DNA of 64,000 nucleotides from contig NC_042997.1 of NCBI RefSeq assembly GCF_006345805.1, positions 105,152,001 through 105,216,000 on the forward strand. Direction: 5' to 3'. Within the stretch, counting starts at the first letter, position 1. The number at the start of each line of letters is the position of its first letter. Origin of the DNA: Octopus sinensis (lineage: Eukaryota). This document shows positions 39,190 to 53,272 of this stretch, one piece after another. The notes beneath the pieces were generated by a model. It saw only the letters and a program-made list of their open reading frames with translations. It was not told the DNA's origin and ran no database searches. The position numbers were made by a program, and so were the translations under genes.

Positions 39190-39720
39190 TTACTGAGTGT
39201 GCATACTCATATCAAGCTGGACTCTGAATATGGGGTGTATGGAAAGCCTCATAAGCTCTGAAGCATCCGAGATGTTTTCCATCCAAAAACATATTCCACC
39301 CGAACCCAGAAGTACTCTAACGCCCCACAAAGAATTGAATACTGAATTACTTGGGACAGAGAATGATCCAATTGAAAATTCCAAGCATACGACTAGAACT
39401 AAAGCTCTGAAATATATGGTCTTGGCAAACCCTAGCAAGCTGATAGAAATTTAATGTATAGAATTGTTGGGATGTGGTTGTAGATTTTTTGTTTCAGATG
39501 AAACTTGAGACATAGACTATTCATAATATCTGACTGGACGCAGAAGATAATTTAGTGGTCCTAGCTAAAACAGTAGCGAATGGGATGTCTAACGACTTGA
39601 AGCTATTTATCCCATGACAGCAAGTTTTCTTAAGACGTTTGGAGGTTTTTCCTGGGAACGTCCCTTCTAGTGGGAGAAAAATCCCGAATTTGGACTCATG
39701 TTTGCATTGTTTGGCACTAA
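39190..39720 (+). mobile_element. Possible highly decayed CR1/L2-type LINE 3' coding remnant
   Basis: Only weak motif echoes (EYGV..PHKL, LNY..R..QLKIPS, RRLEVF..NVP) across frameshifts. Confidence 0.3.
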
Positions 39721-42700
39721 CTACTAAGATAAGGAGGGGTGCAAAAGCATCTCAAACTTGCTCTGGCGTTTCTAGCACTATGTCAGAGAACAACTGGATT
39801 TCCCCAATTTTCCACTGCGGATATATTTAAATGGCATTAGATCACAACCACAGAATATTCTGTAAGCCAGTAGTTAAAGATGGGATAGGTTGTCCTCATT
39901 TAATATCATTGACTACACTGGCCGCAAATTTGTTGCGATATTTGCGATCGAATGTCAATGCCCCAGTTACTGGAGACTGAATGCATTGGTTTCAAAGAAC
40001 TGTTTGGAAAATTAATTAAGCAACAATTGGCGGGGAAAATCTTCAATAACAATTTTGTGTTTAGATCAGAAAAGTGCTATTAGGAAATTTTAGTAAGGTT
40101 GTACCGCAATAGAAAAATAGGATAGAGGGTAATTAATGAGAAAGAAGCGCTTAAGAAAGAAGGTGCAGCCGACGGGCTCGCGGCGAGATAGGTATTGGAC
40201 GTATGCATCAACGTGAAGGAGGGAATCTGTTGTCAGATCCAAGGCATATGCTTTGCTGATGCAAGGGTATGAAAACGGTTCGTGGGCCTCAGCAGTAGAA
40301 CGAAATATTTACAACATAGAAACAATTCAGTTTTTGGCTGATCAAAATTTGATGAGGAGAGAAAATACCAGAGGTCTTACACTAGACTTCGCTCATTGGA
40401 TGACGTCGTCAGACAGGAGGGACACATGCTCAACCATAAGCTTTAGTGCTAGATACGTCTCTTCTGACATCGTCACATTAGCCATTCAGTACCAGTAGGT
40501 CATGGTGATGACCAGCAACAACACGTGCTGGCGTAATGACCGCACGGACCTTCACGTCTTGAGGATCCACGGACTTAAACTCCATTTTGAGAGCTGAAAT
40601 GAGGTTCGCATGACTATTAGTGCAAAACAAAAACGCAGTTATTAATATTATGATAAATAAAAGAGGCTTGAGCTCCTTTCTACACAGACAAATGGAAAAG
40701 ATGGCAAAATAATGGAAGTTGTTTCAGGCAACACTTTTGGCAACAAAATTAGGCAACTGAAGTGAAAACTATAGCTGCTCCACTGTTTAAGTATCACCGT
40801 TGGTTGTAGCCCTAAGCTTAACCGTTAGGTAAAACAGTCACAAACGAAATCGCTTTAACTTTAGAAACTCTAGCCAAAGGAGCAAGCAAACTAGGGCCCG
40901 AAGAAGCCAGATATTCTCCTATTCACGTGCAGGTCTATCGAGAGTCTGAACAATAATTCCATCCCATTGTTTTGCAGAAGGATAGAGGCAATGAAAACTG
41001 GGGAATGATGGAAAACCATCGAAGATAGTAAGAAGAAACACTAAGAAGAAAGAACAAAATGAATGAGATCTGCCAAGAAATATGTCAAGTAGGATATTGG
41101 ATATCTCTAATAAAAAAAATGAGGCCGTCCCTGGAGTGCATTAAATTCACGGTTAACTGAAATGGGATTTGAGAGCTGTGTGATATAGAAACTAAATGAT
41201 CGAACAGAATGCTGTGTTGCTTGAAGAGATAATATAGGATAAGTACATCACACCCAAAGAGAACAGGCATTTCTTGAAAACAACACCAACAAACAGTCTA
41301 TTGGCAACAAATGGAACTCGACCTAGCAACAAGGGTTATTTAACAGTTCATCTAAAATAGAATCTTTTCAAGGGTTAATTAGAAAAGTCCAGAATAAGAA
41401 AGATTCTGAACGTTCCGTTCCGCAAGGTATTGTGAGACTTGAATCGCCTCCTGAGCCTATTTGGATGGCGGTTTTTAATCTGTTTGTGAACGAATGCGTA
41501 TTTGCGTTCTGTCCTGCGTATTATTCTTCGAATATTCTCTAAACAAAACACATCGGACAATGAAGTAGGTAGATGGCGTCGTCCCCCCACCAGACTACTT
41601 CTCTGGGCTTCTATGCCAGGTACTAAATGGTGTACAGTAGTAAAAGGAGCAAGCTCAATGATGGGGCTACCCCGCAGAAACGACTCATTTGCTCGTTGAT
41701 GCCCAACCATTGTCTGCTGGTACAGATTTTTCCGCTTGACTGCAATAACCTTCAAGCTGTTGACCTAGGACTCCCCCGCCTAATCGGTTATCGAGTCTCC
41801 TGCTGCCGACGTCTTCACCAAAACCTTGGCACAGGAATCTAAGGGGTTGCTAGCACGTGCTCAACGTGACACCTCAGTCTATGGCTCGAAGGGGCGACTT
41901 ACTCACCCTTTTGCAGTCTGTCACTGATGCGGGTGCCGTATCTTACCGCGACTGAGTTTTCAACTTATTTTAATATATTACTCTACAGCCTCACCTTCGT
42001 TGCATCTTTATATGGTTTGCAGCCCCATTTACACATCATGTTTTTTTAATTGTTATTTTTAGGACCTTGTGGCCAATAAAGAAATAACAACACCGTCATC
42101 TTCATCGTCATCATATCAATGTTGTCGTCGTAATCGTCGTTGATTTCGACATTGTCGTCGTTGTCATCCTCATCCTCATCACCATCACCATTTTCATCAT
42201 CATCAACATCTTTATCAACATTTTATATTTTCATATTATTATTTTTTTATTGTTGCCATTAAAGTTATTTCATTGTTTATAGCTTTCCTTTCTATTTTGT
42301 ATGTTTTTTTTTTACAGTTCTTATTTATTCAGAACGAAGGAAAGAATGGAAGAAAGAAAAAGACAATAGACGAAGAGAGAAAGAAAAACAGGATGAAACA
42401 AAGAAAAGAGAAACTTCAACCCCTACTTGAATATAAAATTGAAATCAATAGTTATATTGAACCCCGCGCATATCCCGATTTTAATTATTATGGTAATGTA
42501 ATTGCCAATCAATAATCTAATTAGCCAAACAAAAAAACGAAATAAAGACAAAATAAAATAAAAGAAGCTTCAATAAAAATGAATTAATAAAAATAAAAAA
42601 ATTAAACTATAAACAACGCCATTACAGAAAAACCCTCCAAGATATGAGTTTTGCGTTGTTCTTCTGTTTGTTTATTTTTTCGTCTCTCTTTTCACCAATA

Positions 42701-44228
42701 AAGAAATCATATAACAAAACAAAGGTTGATAATTGGTTGAAGTATTAAAAGAATCTGCTCTTTTCTTTCAGAATTTTTTTCGTTTCTTGATGTTATTGTT
42801 TTCTTCACAGTTCTCTTCTGCTGCCGCTTCCACAATTAAGTGCAATAGCTGAAGCAGCATTGAACTATCTAACGCAGTATCTGCTAAAGAACTCTATGAA
42901 AAATAAAATCAGAGTTATTAAAGTGTTGTCTTTGAAAGAGTGTTTGAAATAATAGTGGAAGCAGTCAACGCCGTTTATTAAAGAACGTAAGTCACGGCTT
43001 ACTTACACTCAACGTTCTTTTAGGTACAGGAGAAATAAATATACTGAAGGAAATATGCATATCTAACAGACACTGGGCAGAAGAAATTTGAAGGGCAGAA
43101 AAAGACGGTTGTTCTTCACTGGTAATTTATTTTATTGACTCCCAAAATGACGAAGGGTAAAGTTGACATCTATAGCATTTAAACTCAGAACATAAAATGC
43201 TTGAAAATATATCGTATAGAATCTTTTCTCTGATGTTCTTGTGTTTTCGCCCATGTCCTTGTGCTGCAATACATGATGTTTTCTTCATCGGAACTATGCC
43301 TCAAACTATGGGGACGAGTTGTTAGTTGATTACTTGGGAATGTTATAATGGATGGCTACTTTGATCAAACCTACAAGGTTAAAAATCAATGTTGTCCCTA
43401 AAATTCATGATAATTTTCTGGAATCAGGTAGCATGTTCGTATCGTTGTTTGCAAAAGCTGTACTCTGCCAAGAATCGAGGAATTCTACTAATGGTATTTG
43501 CTTTATATTTCTCAGCTCACACGAAACAGTATTCTTAAATAGAACGGAGAGGAATTTTCTCCTGCAAATAAGTCAGACGCGAGTTCCTCTTTACATACGT
43601 TTTTCTTTCTTATTTGTACATATTTGTCAAGTTTTAATAACTCTGGTCTATATTACTGTTTTATACACACACAGACAAATGCACACATATAATAGGTGAT
43701 ATAATTGTTGGTTCGTTTGTTGATTTCTCCAACCACACATTACTTCATATGTAGTATAACAGAGATGAAAAGATAGTTGACATAAGACGTTAATATCGAT
43801 AGAACAGAGAAATAGAGAAGTAGTAGCAGGGAGGGTGGTAAAGATGATAAAAGTTATGTAGTAGCTGGGCAACAAATATATGCGACATGCTTACACATAC
43901 TGTCTTACATACACTCAATTTTCTTTTCATAAACATGGGGTCGAAGAAATAAGCACTGGGATCGATGTAATCGACTAGCACCCTTCCCCAATAAAATTTT
44001 CAAGGCCTTGTGCCTAGCGTTGAAATAACCTTTACTATCGTTGTTTAATCTCCGTGTTTCCCTCCCGAAGGCCTTCTAGCGATGATTAACCCATCATTTT
44101 ATACATCAGACAGACAGAAATGTAATTACACACTGCAGACAGTTTAAGATGGGGTATAAACTTGATAAGCAGTTGGTAGGAAGATGTAAAGAAGCAGTAG
44201 GGTTACATAAACATATAGGTTTGAACAC

Positions 44229-44351
<123 letters not shown>

Positions 44352-44416
44352 TATATATTATATATATATATATATTATATATATGTATATATATATATAT
44401 TATATATATATATATA

Positions 44417-44466
<50 letters not shown>

Positions 44467-44479
44467 GAGAGAGAGAGAG

Positions 44480-44605
44480 TTGAAATTTACAGAAAAGCAA
44501 AAGACGAAGACAGGTGTTTGAACAACAAGCAGGTATATTAGCTTGATGCTCGGGAAAGTGAATTAGTCTTTTACGTTTCGAGCTTACGCTCTTCAACAAA
44601 AAGGA
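44480..44605 (-). mobile_element. Short element family H2 with degenerate hammerhead-like motif (44567-44603)
   Basis: CUUU-UUGUUGA-A-GAGC guaa GCUC-GAAACGUA-AAAG; colinear with 32196-32350. Confidence 0.6.
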
Positions 44606-45237
44606 TATATGTAACTGCCGTTGGTTTGTTCGTTGGTTGATTTCTCCAGTCACACTTTATATCGAATAGGGAGAGGAGGGAGATAGATGCAGAAAGTGTT
44701 AACATAAGAGGGGCATGATGAGTGCACATACTCAGCTTTGTGGCAGGTAATGAATACAGGAACACTATACATGCAATGAGAGAGAAAGAATCACAGAGAC
44801 AGAGAAAGAGAAAAGTGAGGCAGAAGAAGAAGAATAAGATGTAGAGGTAGAGAGGATGAAGGGGTGAGGAAAAGTGGCGGAAGTGGAAGAAGACGTGATC
44901 GAGAGTATTTGACTATAATTGAAAAAGGCTATGCAATATTTAATGTTTTTGTCATGAATATTTTCCTCATATGTTTTTCAAGTAATCTGTTTTTGTTTTT
45001 TCATTAATTATTTGGGTACTGGCTAACTTACAGGTAAGAATTCTAAATGAATATATATCACTACAATTGCTAAAATAACACTTAAAATACTTTCGCTACC
45101 ATGAGATACAACAGGAAATATGGCATGCACAAATTAATAATAATTCGACTTTTATCAAATTACACACGTTGGTTATATTACGGGTAACACTCTAATATAT
45201 AAGTATATATATATGTGTGTGTACTAATAATGATTTC

Positions 45238-45433
45238 AATTTTTGGCACAAGGCCAGCTATTTGTGGAAGGGAGTAAATCGACTACATCGATCCCAGTGT
45301 TCAACTGGTTCTTAATTTTTCGACCCCGAAAAGATAAAAGGCAACGACCTCGGCGTAATTTGAACTCGGAACGTAAAGACGGACCGCTAAGCAATTTTAC
45401 CGGCACGCTAACGATTCTGCCTGCTTGCCGCTT
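45238..45433 (-). mobile_element. SINE family A, tail type 2
   Basis: Reverse complement of ggcagaatcgttagcgtgccgg..gagttcaaattacgccgaggtcg..ggccttgtgccaaaa. Confidence 0.85.
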
Positions 45434-46317
45434 TTGTAGTACATATAATAAAAACAAGATTAAAAGAAAAGGGAAGATGAAAACAAAAGCAAAACAAACA
45501 AATAAATACAGAGAAAAAATTTTTTAAATAACAAAAATATTAAAAAAAAAATTTAAAAAAGTGAATCGAAAAACAAAGGAGAAAGGAAATAAAGACTGAA
45601 ATTCAGAAAGACGTTAAGAAATTTTAAAAGTGGTGGGTGTTAAATGCTGCTTACATTAGAAAACCAATACGTTAGGTGTGAGAAATTGGGCAGCAATCTC
45701 ATTAGAGAGCTAACGATAATAACACTTCAAGAGAGATTGATTTCTGAATAGTTGGATATATCTAACATTACTTTGTCAGGGAGTTTGCTGAGTCGTAGTT
45801 GTCATAGCGGCGGTTTAGTTGTGGTGGAGGTTATGGGTTGTTGTTACCTGGTTGTTTGTGTGTTTGTTAATGTGTGGATGGTGGTGATTTGTTTATACTG
45901 TTTATCTATTTATTTTGTATTAGTGAAGTTTGCAATCATAATGGCAATGTCGAAAGCAGTAGCAGTGGTACTGGTGATGCTGGTGAGGAAGACGGAGATG
46001 GCGATGCCAGCGGCGGTGTTTTCTTTATTTACTATTGCCAGACTTGGTATCGGGTTTATGTTGATAGAAGTGGTGGCACGGTAATAGCTGCCTTAGTAAC
46101 AGTGAATGTGGCAAAGATGGTGTTAGTTATATCGCTGTGTTTTGTTTAGCTCAAAGTCAACCATTAAATCATATTTACTTTAACTCAGGTGAAATGAACA
46201 TCAAATATTTTTGAAAAGACGGCGGGGGTGATTTGTGCGTGATTTGGCTTCTATCTCTAGCGGACGGAGTAAATAAGCTCCCCCGTTGACTCATTGTTAT
46301 ATTATTATTGTTGTTGT

Positions 46318-46940
46318 TAAGTTGGCGACCTCGTTAGCACGCCGGGAAAATGCTTAGCGGTATTTCGTCTGCCGTTACGTTCTGAGTTCAAATTCCGCCG
46401 AGGTTGACTTTGCCTTTCATCCTTTCGAGGTCAATTAAATAAGTACCAGTTACGCACAGGGGTCGATGTAATCGACTTAATCCGATTATCTGTCCTTGTT
46501 TGTTCTCTCTGTGTTTAGCCCCTTGTGGATAGTAAAGAAATAGGTATTTCATCTGCTGCTACGTTCTGAGTTCAAATTCCACCGAGGTCGACTTTGCCTT
46601 TCATCCTTTCAGGTTCGATAAATTAAGTACGAGTTGCGTAATATAGTCGATCTAATCGACTGGCCACCTCCCCCAAAATTTCGGGCCTTGTGCCTGAGTA
46701 GAACAGAAAAGAAAAGCTTACTATTTTTGTTAAGGCGGCGAACTCTTTAGCATGCCGGGCAAAATGCTTAGCGGTATTTCCTCTGCTGCTACCTTCTGAG
46801 TTCAAATTGCGCCGACCTCGACTTTTCCTTTCATCCTTTTGGGGTCAAAGAAATAAGCACCAGTTACGCACTGGGATCGATGTAATCGACTAGCACCCTT
46901 CCCAAATAAAATTTTCAAGACCTTGTGCCTAGCATAGAAA
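46318..46940 (+). mobile_element. Head-to-tail cluster of three SINE family A copies
   Basis: Copies at about 46318-46541 (tail 1), 46542-46705 (5' truncated, tail 2) and 46731-46940 (tail 2). Confidence 0.85.
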
Positions 46941-48529
46941 TAATCATTACTATCATTGTTTAGTCTCCGTGTTTTCGTTCCGAAAGCCTTCTAGCGATGA
47001 TTAACCCATCATTTTATACATCGGCGATTACATTGTCCAATGTATATTTATGGCCCAAGAGTGAGCGAGATTTGGTTACTAATCCTAGCAGGTTTTTCTT
47101 CATTTTAAATAATCCTTATTGGCTCATGTGAGGTATTTGTTTCTGTACTCAGTTGCGGTACATACTGTTGGTGGTAGTGCTTATGTTGTTTATGTTTGTA
47201 TTTATATTTCATTTCCTAATATTTTTGGTGGAGTTTTTTGGTGGTGTTTTTATGAGTATGTGTAAATGTACGCATGTGCATGTGCGTATGCATATATACA
47301 TGGATGTGAGCATATATGTGCATATATGCTATGGGTTGAGGTACATGATTATGCGAGCCCATATAATAGTGCATATACACACGTATATCTTTGTGTGCAT
47401 GCGTGAGTAAATCAATATACACGTATTTTTTCTCTCTCTGAGTCCTCAGCCCCCACTATCACATTAGCCAGTACAATAAACACCTCTGTCAATTTTTAGA
47501 AACGTGACCATTATATCTTATTCTTCTCTTTTTTCTGATGTTTACTACTCACTTTAGTAACCCCCTTGTACCATTTTCTGTACCCTTACCTCCACCTTAG
47601 TGCCTTTCAAACATATTACCCCCACCTCCCGCTCCTCACACGTATTCATTCTTTACTTTCTTATCTCTTCCTATCCCTCCCTACTCCTCTCCCATCCCCT
47701 CAATATCTTCACCACCAACTAACACTCCATTTTTCATTTTCTCTTCCTCTTCCTTTCTTCTTTCTTCACCTATTACTTTTGACCATTCTCCTCATTTTAA
47801 CATGCATATCTTTTCTCTCCTATCTATCTACTTACTACTACCACATCATTCTCAAAATTTCATTCACAACACAAGCCCCTTTGAATGAACGGCACATGGA
47901 ATCTACGTCTCCACACTTTCCACTTGTAATGACAAAATATGAACTCATCGGAATTAACGTACCATGGATAAGAAGCACCACGTTCTTTTGATAATGGAAT
48001 CACAACTATAACATTCTACATGTATTTTTATTTTTACTTTTATTTTCTTACTTCCCTTTATACTTCTTCTTTCCATTCTTTTCCAAAATAGCTCCTTATA
48101 TTGAACTCTATGTAGCCATCTCACATCGTATCTGATAAAGGGATATCCCTAATATCACAGAAACAGCTGTAAGAGTAACTTTCTCTTTATAAATGTCTTG
48201 AAAATTCCACACAGCCTTAGCTTTGTTGTCTCATTTTATTTAACACACACACACACATATGTATATAATAACTATTATCAGCTTTGAAGTCGGGATAAAT
48301 ATTTATATATATATATATACATATATACGTGTTTGTGTGATGCAGTGGGATAAAGAAAACAGGGAAAAGTTTTAAATTCACCTGCGGGAGTCGAACCATG
48401 TATCGACTGTAAAACGTATGGCTGTACACAACACTACACCAAAATCTTGTAATAGTTTACCCGTTTAATATAAAAGATTTAGGCCGAGTGGTAAAAATTA
48501 CAAATACCGGCGATATTTGTATATATACA

Positions 48530-48538
48530 TTAGATAGG

Positions 48539-48607
<69 letters not shown>

Positions 48608-48610
48608 GTG
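48530..48610. repeat. (AGAT)n microsatellite
   Basis: Tandem array. Confidence 0.95.
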
Positions 48611-49502
48611 TACGTGTATGCCCACATATGTATGCATCAATAAATATATGTAAAGAGAGAGGGAGAGATACAGACATAGATAGATGCATGCATATATACA
48701 TAAATGCATCCATTCATAAATACATAGACACATACATACATGCGCACATACTTAGACACCTACATGCCAACAAATTTACAAAATATGTAATAACTAGAAA
48801 TATTAGGATTTTTCGAAGCATGGGGAAAAGAAACTGGTGCAGATTCTCCAAATTCATCCTATTAGCGGTAGAGAAGATTTCTAAATGATTCCAAAGGTTC
48901 TCCACGACAGCTTCTTTCGATGAATAAATGCTCGCATTTAAGTGTGAGCATCGACAGCGCAACCAACAAACCAACTCAACCACATTTTTACAAACAATGC
49001 GAACTCAACGCAGAAACTTTTGTCGCTTAGATAGCTACCGGCTTCAACTCTCTGAAGAAAAACTCAAAATAAATATTATGGGGAAAAAAATCCATCCATC
49101 TATCCATCCATCCATCCATCCATATCCATCCATCCATCCATTCATCCATCCATCCATACATACATACATACATACATGCATGAATAGGTGTGACAGAAAT
49201 CCGTACAATATAAACCCGAAAGTCATTGAACTTCCAGATCCGTCCTTGTAACCCTAATATAAAACCTTGCACCACAGGGCTTTTGCAGTTCAAAAGCCCC
49301 GTTGATTCAAGGTTTTATAAATATAGACTAGTTAACCTACCATGTATTCCGAAGTTCACTGAATTATGTATGCATACAAGTGAGTTTCACGCCATAAACA
49401 CACAACACCACAACACACTAAGCCACACACACACCACACACACACACCACACTACACCACACAACACACCACACTACACCACACACACATACATATATAC
49501 AT

Positions 49503-50048
49503 TTAGTTAGTTAGTTAGTTAGTTAATTTGGCTCAAAAGCAAATAGCAAGGCCATGTAGGGGGGCATGGAGTTAAGTACAGGGTGGTGTTCATGTAAAGA
49601 GTTCAGGCCACTTGAGGTCAAGGGAGGCTTTGAACAAAGCGGTCGTCGGCATCTTCACCATCTCGTCTGGCAGCTTGTTCCAGGGATCCGCAACCCGGAC
49701 GGAGAAAGCTCCTCTCCTTCGATTGAGATGAAATCGTCGCAAGTAGAGCTTTTCGGAATGACACCGCAGCCGACGCTCTGGAGTAGGAGTGAAGAACAGC
49801 TCTTACGAGAGGTTACACTTTCCGCTTATGATGTTGTGGGCGAGAATGAGATCACCACGGCGGCGGCGTTTTTCAAGAGAATAAAGGTCGAGCGTCCTCA
49901 GCCTTTCTTCATAGGACAAATTTTTGAGACCATGAACCATGCGGGTAGCCAGCTTCTGGACTCTTTCGAGATGCTGTATGTCTTTGAGGAGATAAAGAGA
50001 AGAGGCTTGAATCCCGTACTCCAATATGGTCTCACCAGCGTGACATTT
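49503..50048 (-). mobile_element. CR1-like LINE 3' fragment with (TAAC)n tail
   Basis: TLVRP.LEYGIQA..LERVQKLATRMVHGLKNLSYEERLRTLDLYSLEKRRRRGDLI; one frameshift and one premature TAA. Confidence 0.92.
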
Positions 50049-52150
50049 ATACATACATACCTACATACATTGCACATATACGTACATACATTCATACATA
50101 CATACATACATACATACATACATACATACATACATACATACATACATACATACATACATACATACATAGAAAAATAGCATTTTTGATGCTTAAATTCCAA
50201 TGAAGACGCCTTGAATCTAGGTTAGAAACCGGCTCTTTCCTATTTCTCTATTGGCCAGAAGTCTTGAAATAAAACTGAACAATAACATAAAAAAAAATGA
50301 TTTTTTTGTATGAACGTCTTTCCGAACACCAAATGAATATAATTCTATTTCCTTTCAGCAGTTCATTTTCACTGCTATCCTTGAATTTACACACTAAAAG
50401 CAAATACATATAAATATATTAGACATATCCTCGCCTTGTGACAAAACGGGACATTGTCCATCAACTTCTCAACCGAGCAAGTATTAAAATGGGAACGCAA
50501 AAGACAAAATAATTAAAGTCTTAACATGTGCTATAAATAAAATTTTGAAGTTAAACACTCACTTGAACACATAGGCACAACACAAACTTGTAGGTAATTA
50601 CTCACGTAGATTTGCACACAACATACAAGCAAATAAACGAAATAGAATACCAATTCCTACGTTTATATGGATACATATACATATATATATATATGTATAC
50701 ATAGAAACAAGCACATACGTGCATATACACATGTGTACGTACGTACATATGTATGTATTACCAACGACACAAATCGTACACCTGTATCCAGATGTCAAAT
50801 TTATGTAGGTAATTTCATGCGTTCCTCTTTATCTCTGGCTTTTCAACCTCCCTCTCTCATAGTTATAAGAGAACTAAATCCATCGTATCAAATTCGTTTA
50901 GCTCAGCTTCATTTATCGCCTTAATCCCATAATTCTGCTTTCCTCCTTTTCCTATTCTAAACATATAGGTCTTAAGGTTTTACATTTTATTAACTGCTTT
51001 GCTACATTACCCTCACTTATATTCAATTTCAAGAGGAAAAACCTTTTCTTCACTCTTCCCACCATACATATTTTCATGTCATTTTTGTCTGTCGTCGGTC
51101 TTTCTAGGTACACACACTAACATATGTACAAGCTTACACACGCACTATACATACACAAACACACATGTACACACACACATTCATAAATACATAAGCGCAC
51201 ATGCATTGCACCACACACTTTTCGGCTTCTCCTAAGCAACTATTGCCTGTTTGTTTTATGATTTAATGCTTAAATGTGATACGCTGTAATATTAGTTGTT
51301 AGCTTTTCTCATTCGTAATGGATATTTAATTACTTAATTTACGTGAATTTTTTTTAATATTGCATATGGCTACAATACTCGTAAAATACATCGAGAATAT
51401 CTTTATACGGAATGCCTCCAAAAATTTTTTTAACAAACCTGGAGAAGTTTATAATACATAAAATATATTAATATATAAAATAACTAATACATAAGGTTTG
51501 AACTGAAAATCAGTCTAGCACACATATTTAAATAAAAAGCCTAGCTTGTCTTTTTCGTGGACATCATTATGTTTATATGCAATAAATGCCCGTAAGAATA
51601 TACGCACATGTATTCACATCTTCACCAGGAACCCTAACGAGATAGCTTTTCCAAAAATACTTGTTTATATACAGGATGGGCAACGTTTTAAATGCATATT
51701 TTCCACATCCAAAATATGCTACAATTTTGGTTCCATATTCTAAATCATGGAAATGTGATTCAAACCGAGAATATTTGCTAAATTTATTCAGGAAGGTAAT
51801 CCTATGTAGGAAATAATTATATTTTTGTGAGATTTTCTGAATTAAATTTGTTTACATGGTTCCTGTAAAGTCACATGTAAAGCACTTTATATGTCCGATT
51901 GATATCTACAGTATATTAACAATGCCTAAAAACCTTCGAGCTTTCATACACGGTAGGTATGGCTCCATGTCATAAAGTATTTCTTCGAACAAGTATCTTT
52001 CAAATGGTTCTGTTTATGATGTGATGCATTTATCGCCCAGAAACAGAAACGTAATACCGTTCAGACCTATATAAAAGTGTGTGTGAATACATACGTATAA
52101 GACAATATAAGTATTACATGTGTATGTATCTGTGTATATATGCACATACG

Positions 52151-52228
<78 letters not shown>

Positions 52229-52230
<2 letters not shown>

Positions 52231-52632
52231 TTTACACTTTTACTTGTTTCAGTCATTTGACTGCGGCCATGCTGGAGCACCGCCTTTTTTAGTCGAGCAA
52301 ATCGACCCCAGGACTTATTCTTTGTAAGCTTAGTACTTATTCTATCGGTCTCTTTTGCCGAACCGCTAAGTAACGGGGACATAAACACACCAGCATCGGT
52401 TGTCAAGTGATGTTGGGGGAACAAACACAGACACACAAACATATACACACACATACATATATACATATATATACATATATACGACGGGCTTCTTTCAGTT
52501 ACCGTCTACCAAATCCACTCACAAGACTTTGGTCGGCCCGAGACTATAGTAGAAGACACTTGGCCAAGGTGCCACGCAGTGGGACTGAACCCGGAACCAT
52601 GTGGTTGGTAAGCAAGCTACTTACCACACAGC
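52229..52632 (-). mobile_element. SINE family B, near full length, between (TA)n arrays
   Basis: Highly similar to the reverse complement of 30505-30916. Confidence 0.9.
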
Positions 52633-52739
<107 letters not shown>

Positions 52740-53200
52740 ATATATATATATATCAAATTGTACAAAAGTAAGGATAAAACCATTACAATTATAATAAAGG
52801 GTGCTGATATGCAACACCAACCTACTAGTGATAAAAGCTAAGTGGCGCTAAAACGTACATCTTGCACTCCGTTAGCACAGGTTGTAAATGACATTATAAT
52901 TATATCTTTATAATCATATATTAGTATTAATTGTTACCTAAATGGTTTTTATTACATGCAGGCCACTTTATAAAATCTTTATAATGATATTTTATACTTA
53001 ATTACGTATAAATATATATTATCTACTCCGATCCATTTATATTCACTGTGTTATTATTTTGGTCGTAAATGTACGTGGTTGAAGTGAATACATTAGATTT
53101 GACTTGTATATACATATGAATATATGTATATATAAGTATGCATATGTATTATTCATATGGATGTGTACAGATATATGCATTTATGTACTGAGGAGTATAT

Positions 53201-53258
53201 ATTATAATGAAGACGGCAGAGGGATTTTACTTCTCTAAGCTAGAAATCGATCTATAAT
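53201..53258 (+). ncRNA. Hammerhead ribozyme-like motif, family H1, core C3 replaced by A
   Basis: AUUAUA-AUGAAGA-CGGC..GCUA-GAA-AUCGAU-C-UAUAAU; downstream aattatcc is shared with the 12239 copy. Confidence 0.55.
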
Positions 53259-53272
53259 TATCCCTGTCTTCT

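Noticed and set aside
39200-39330. Tyrosine-recombinase-like GWKTSRM motif on the minus strand
   Set aside because: No upstream HxxR motif in frame and surrounded by stops; the plus strand fits a decayed LINE slightly better.
42813-42952. Possible exon after ttgttttcttcacag (SLLLPLPQLSAIAEAALNYL...)
   Set aside because: No convincing donor and no recognisable protein similarity.
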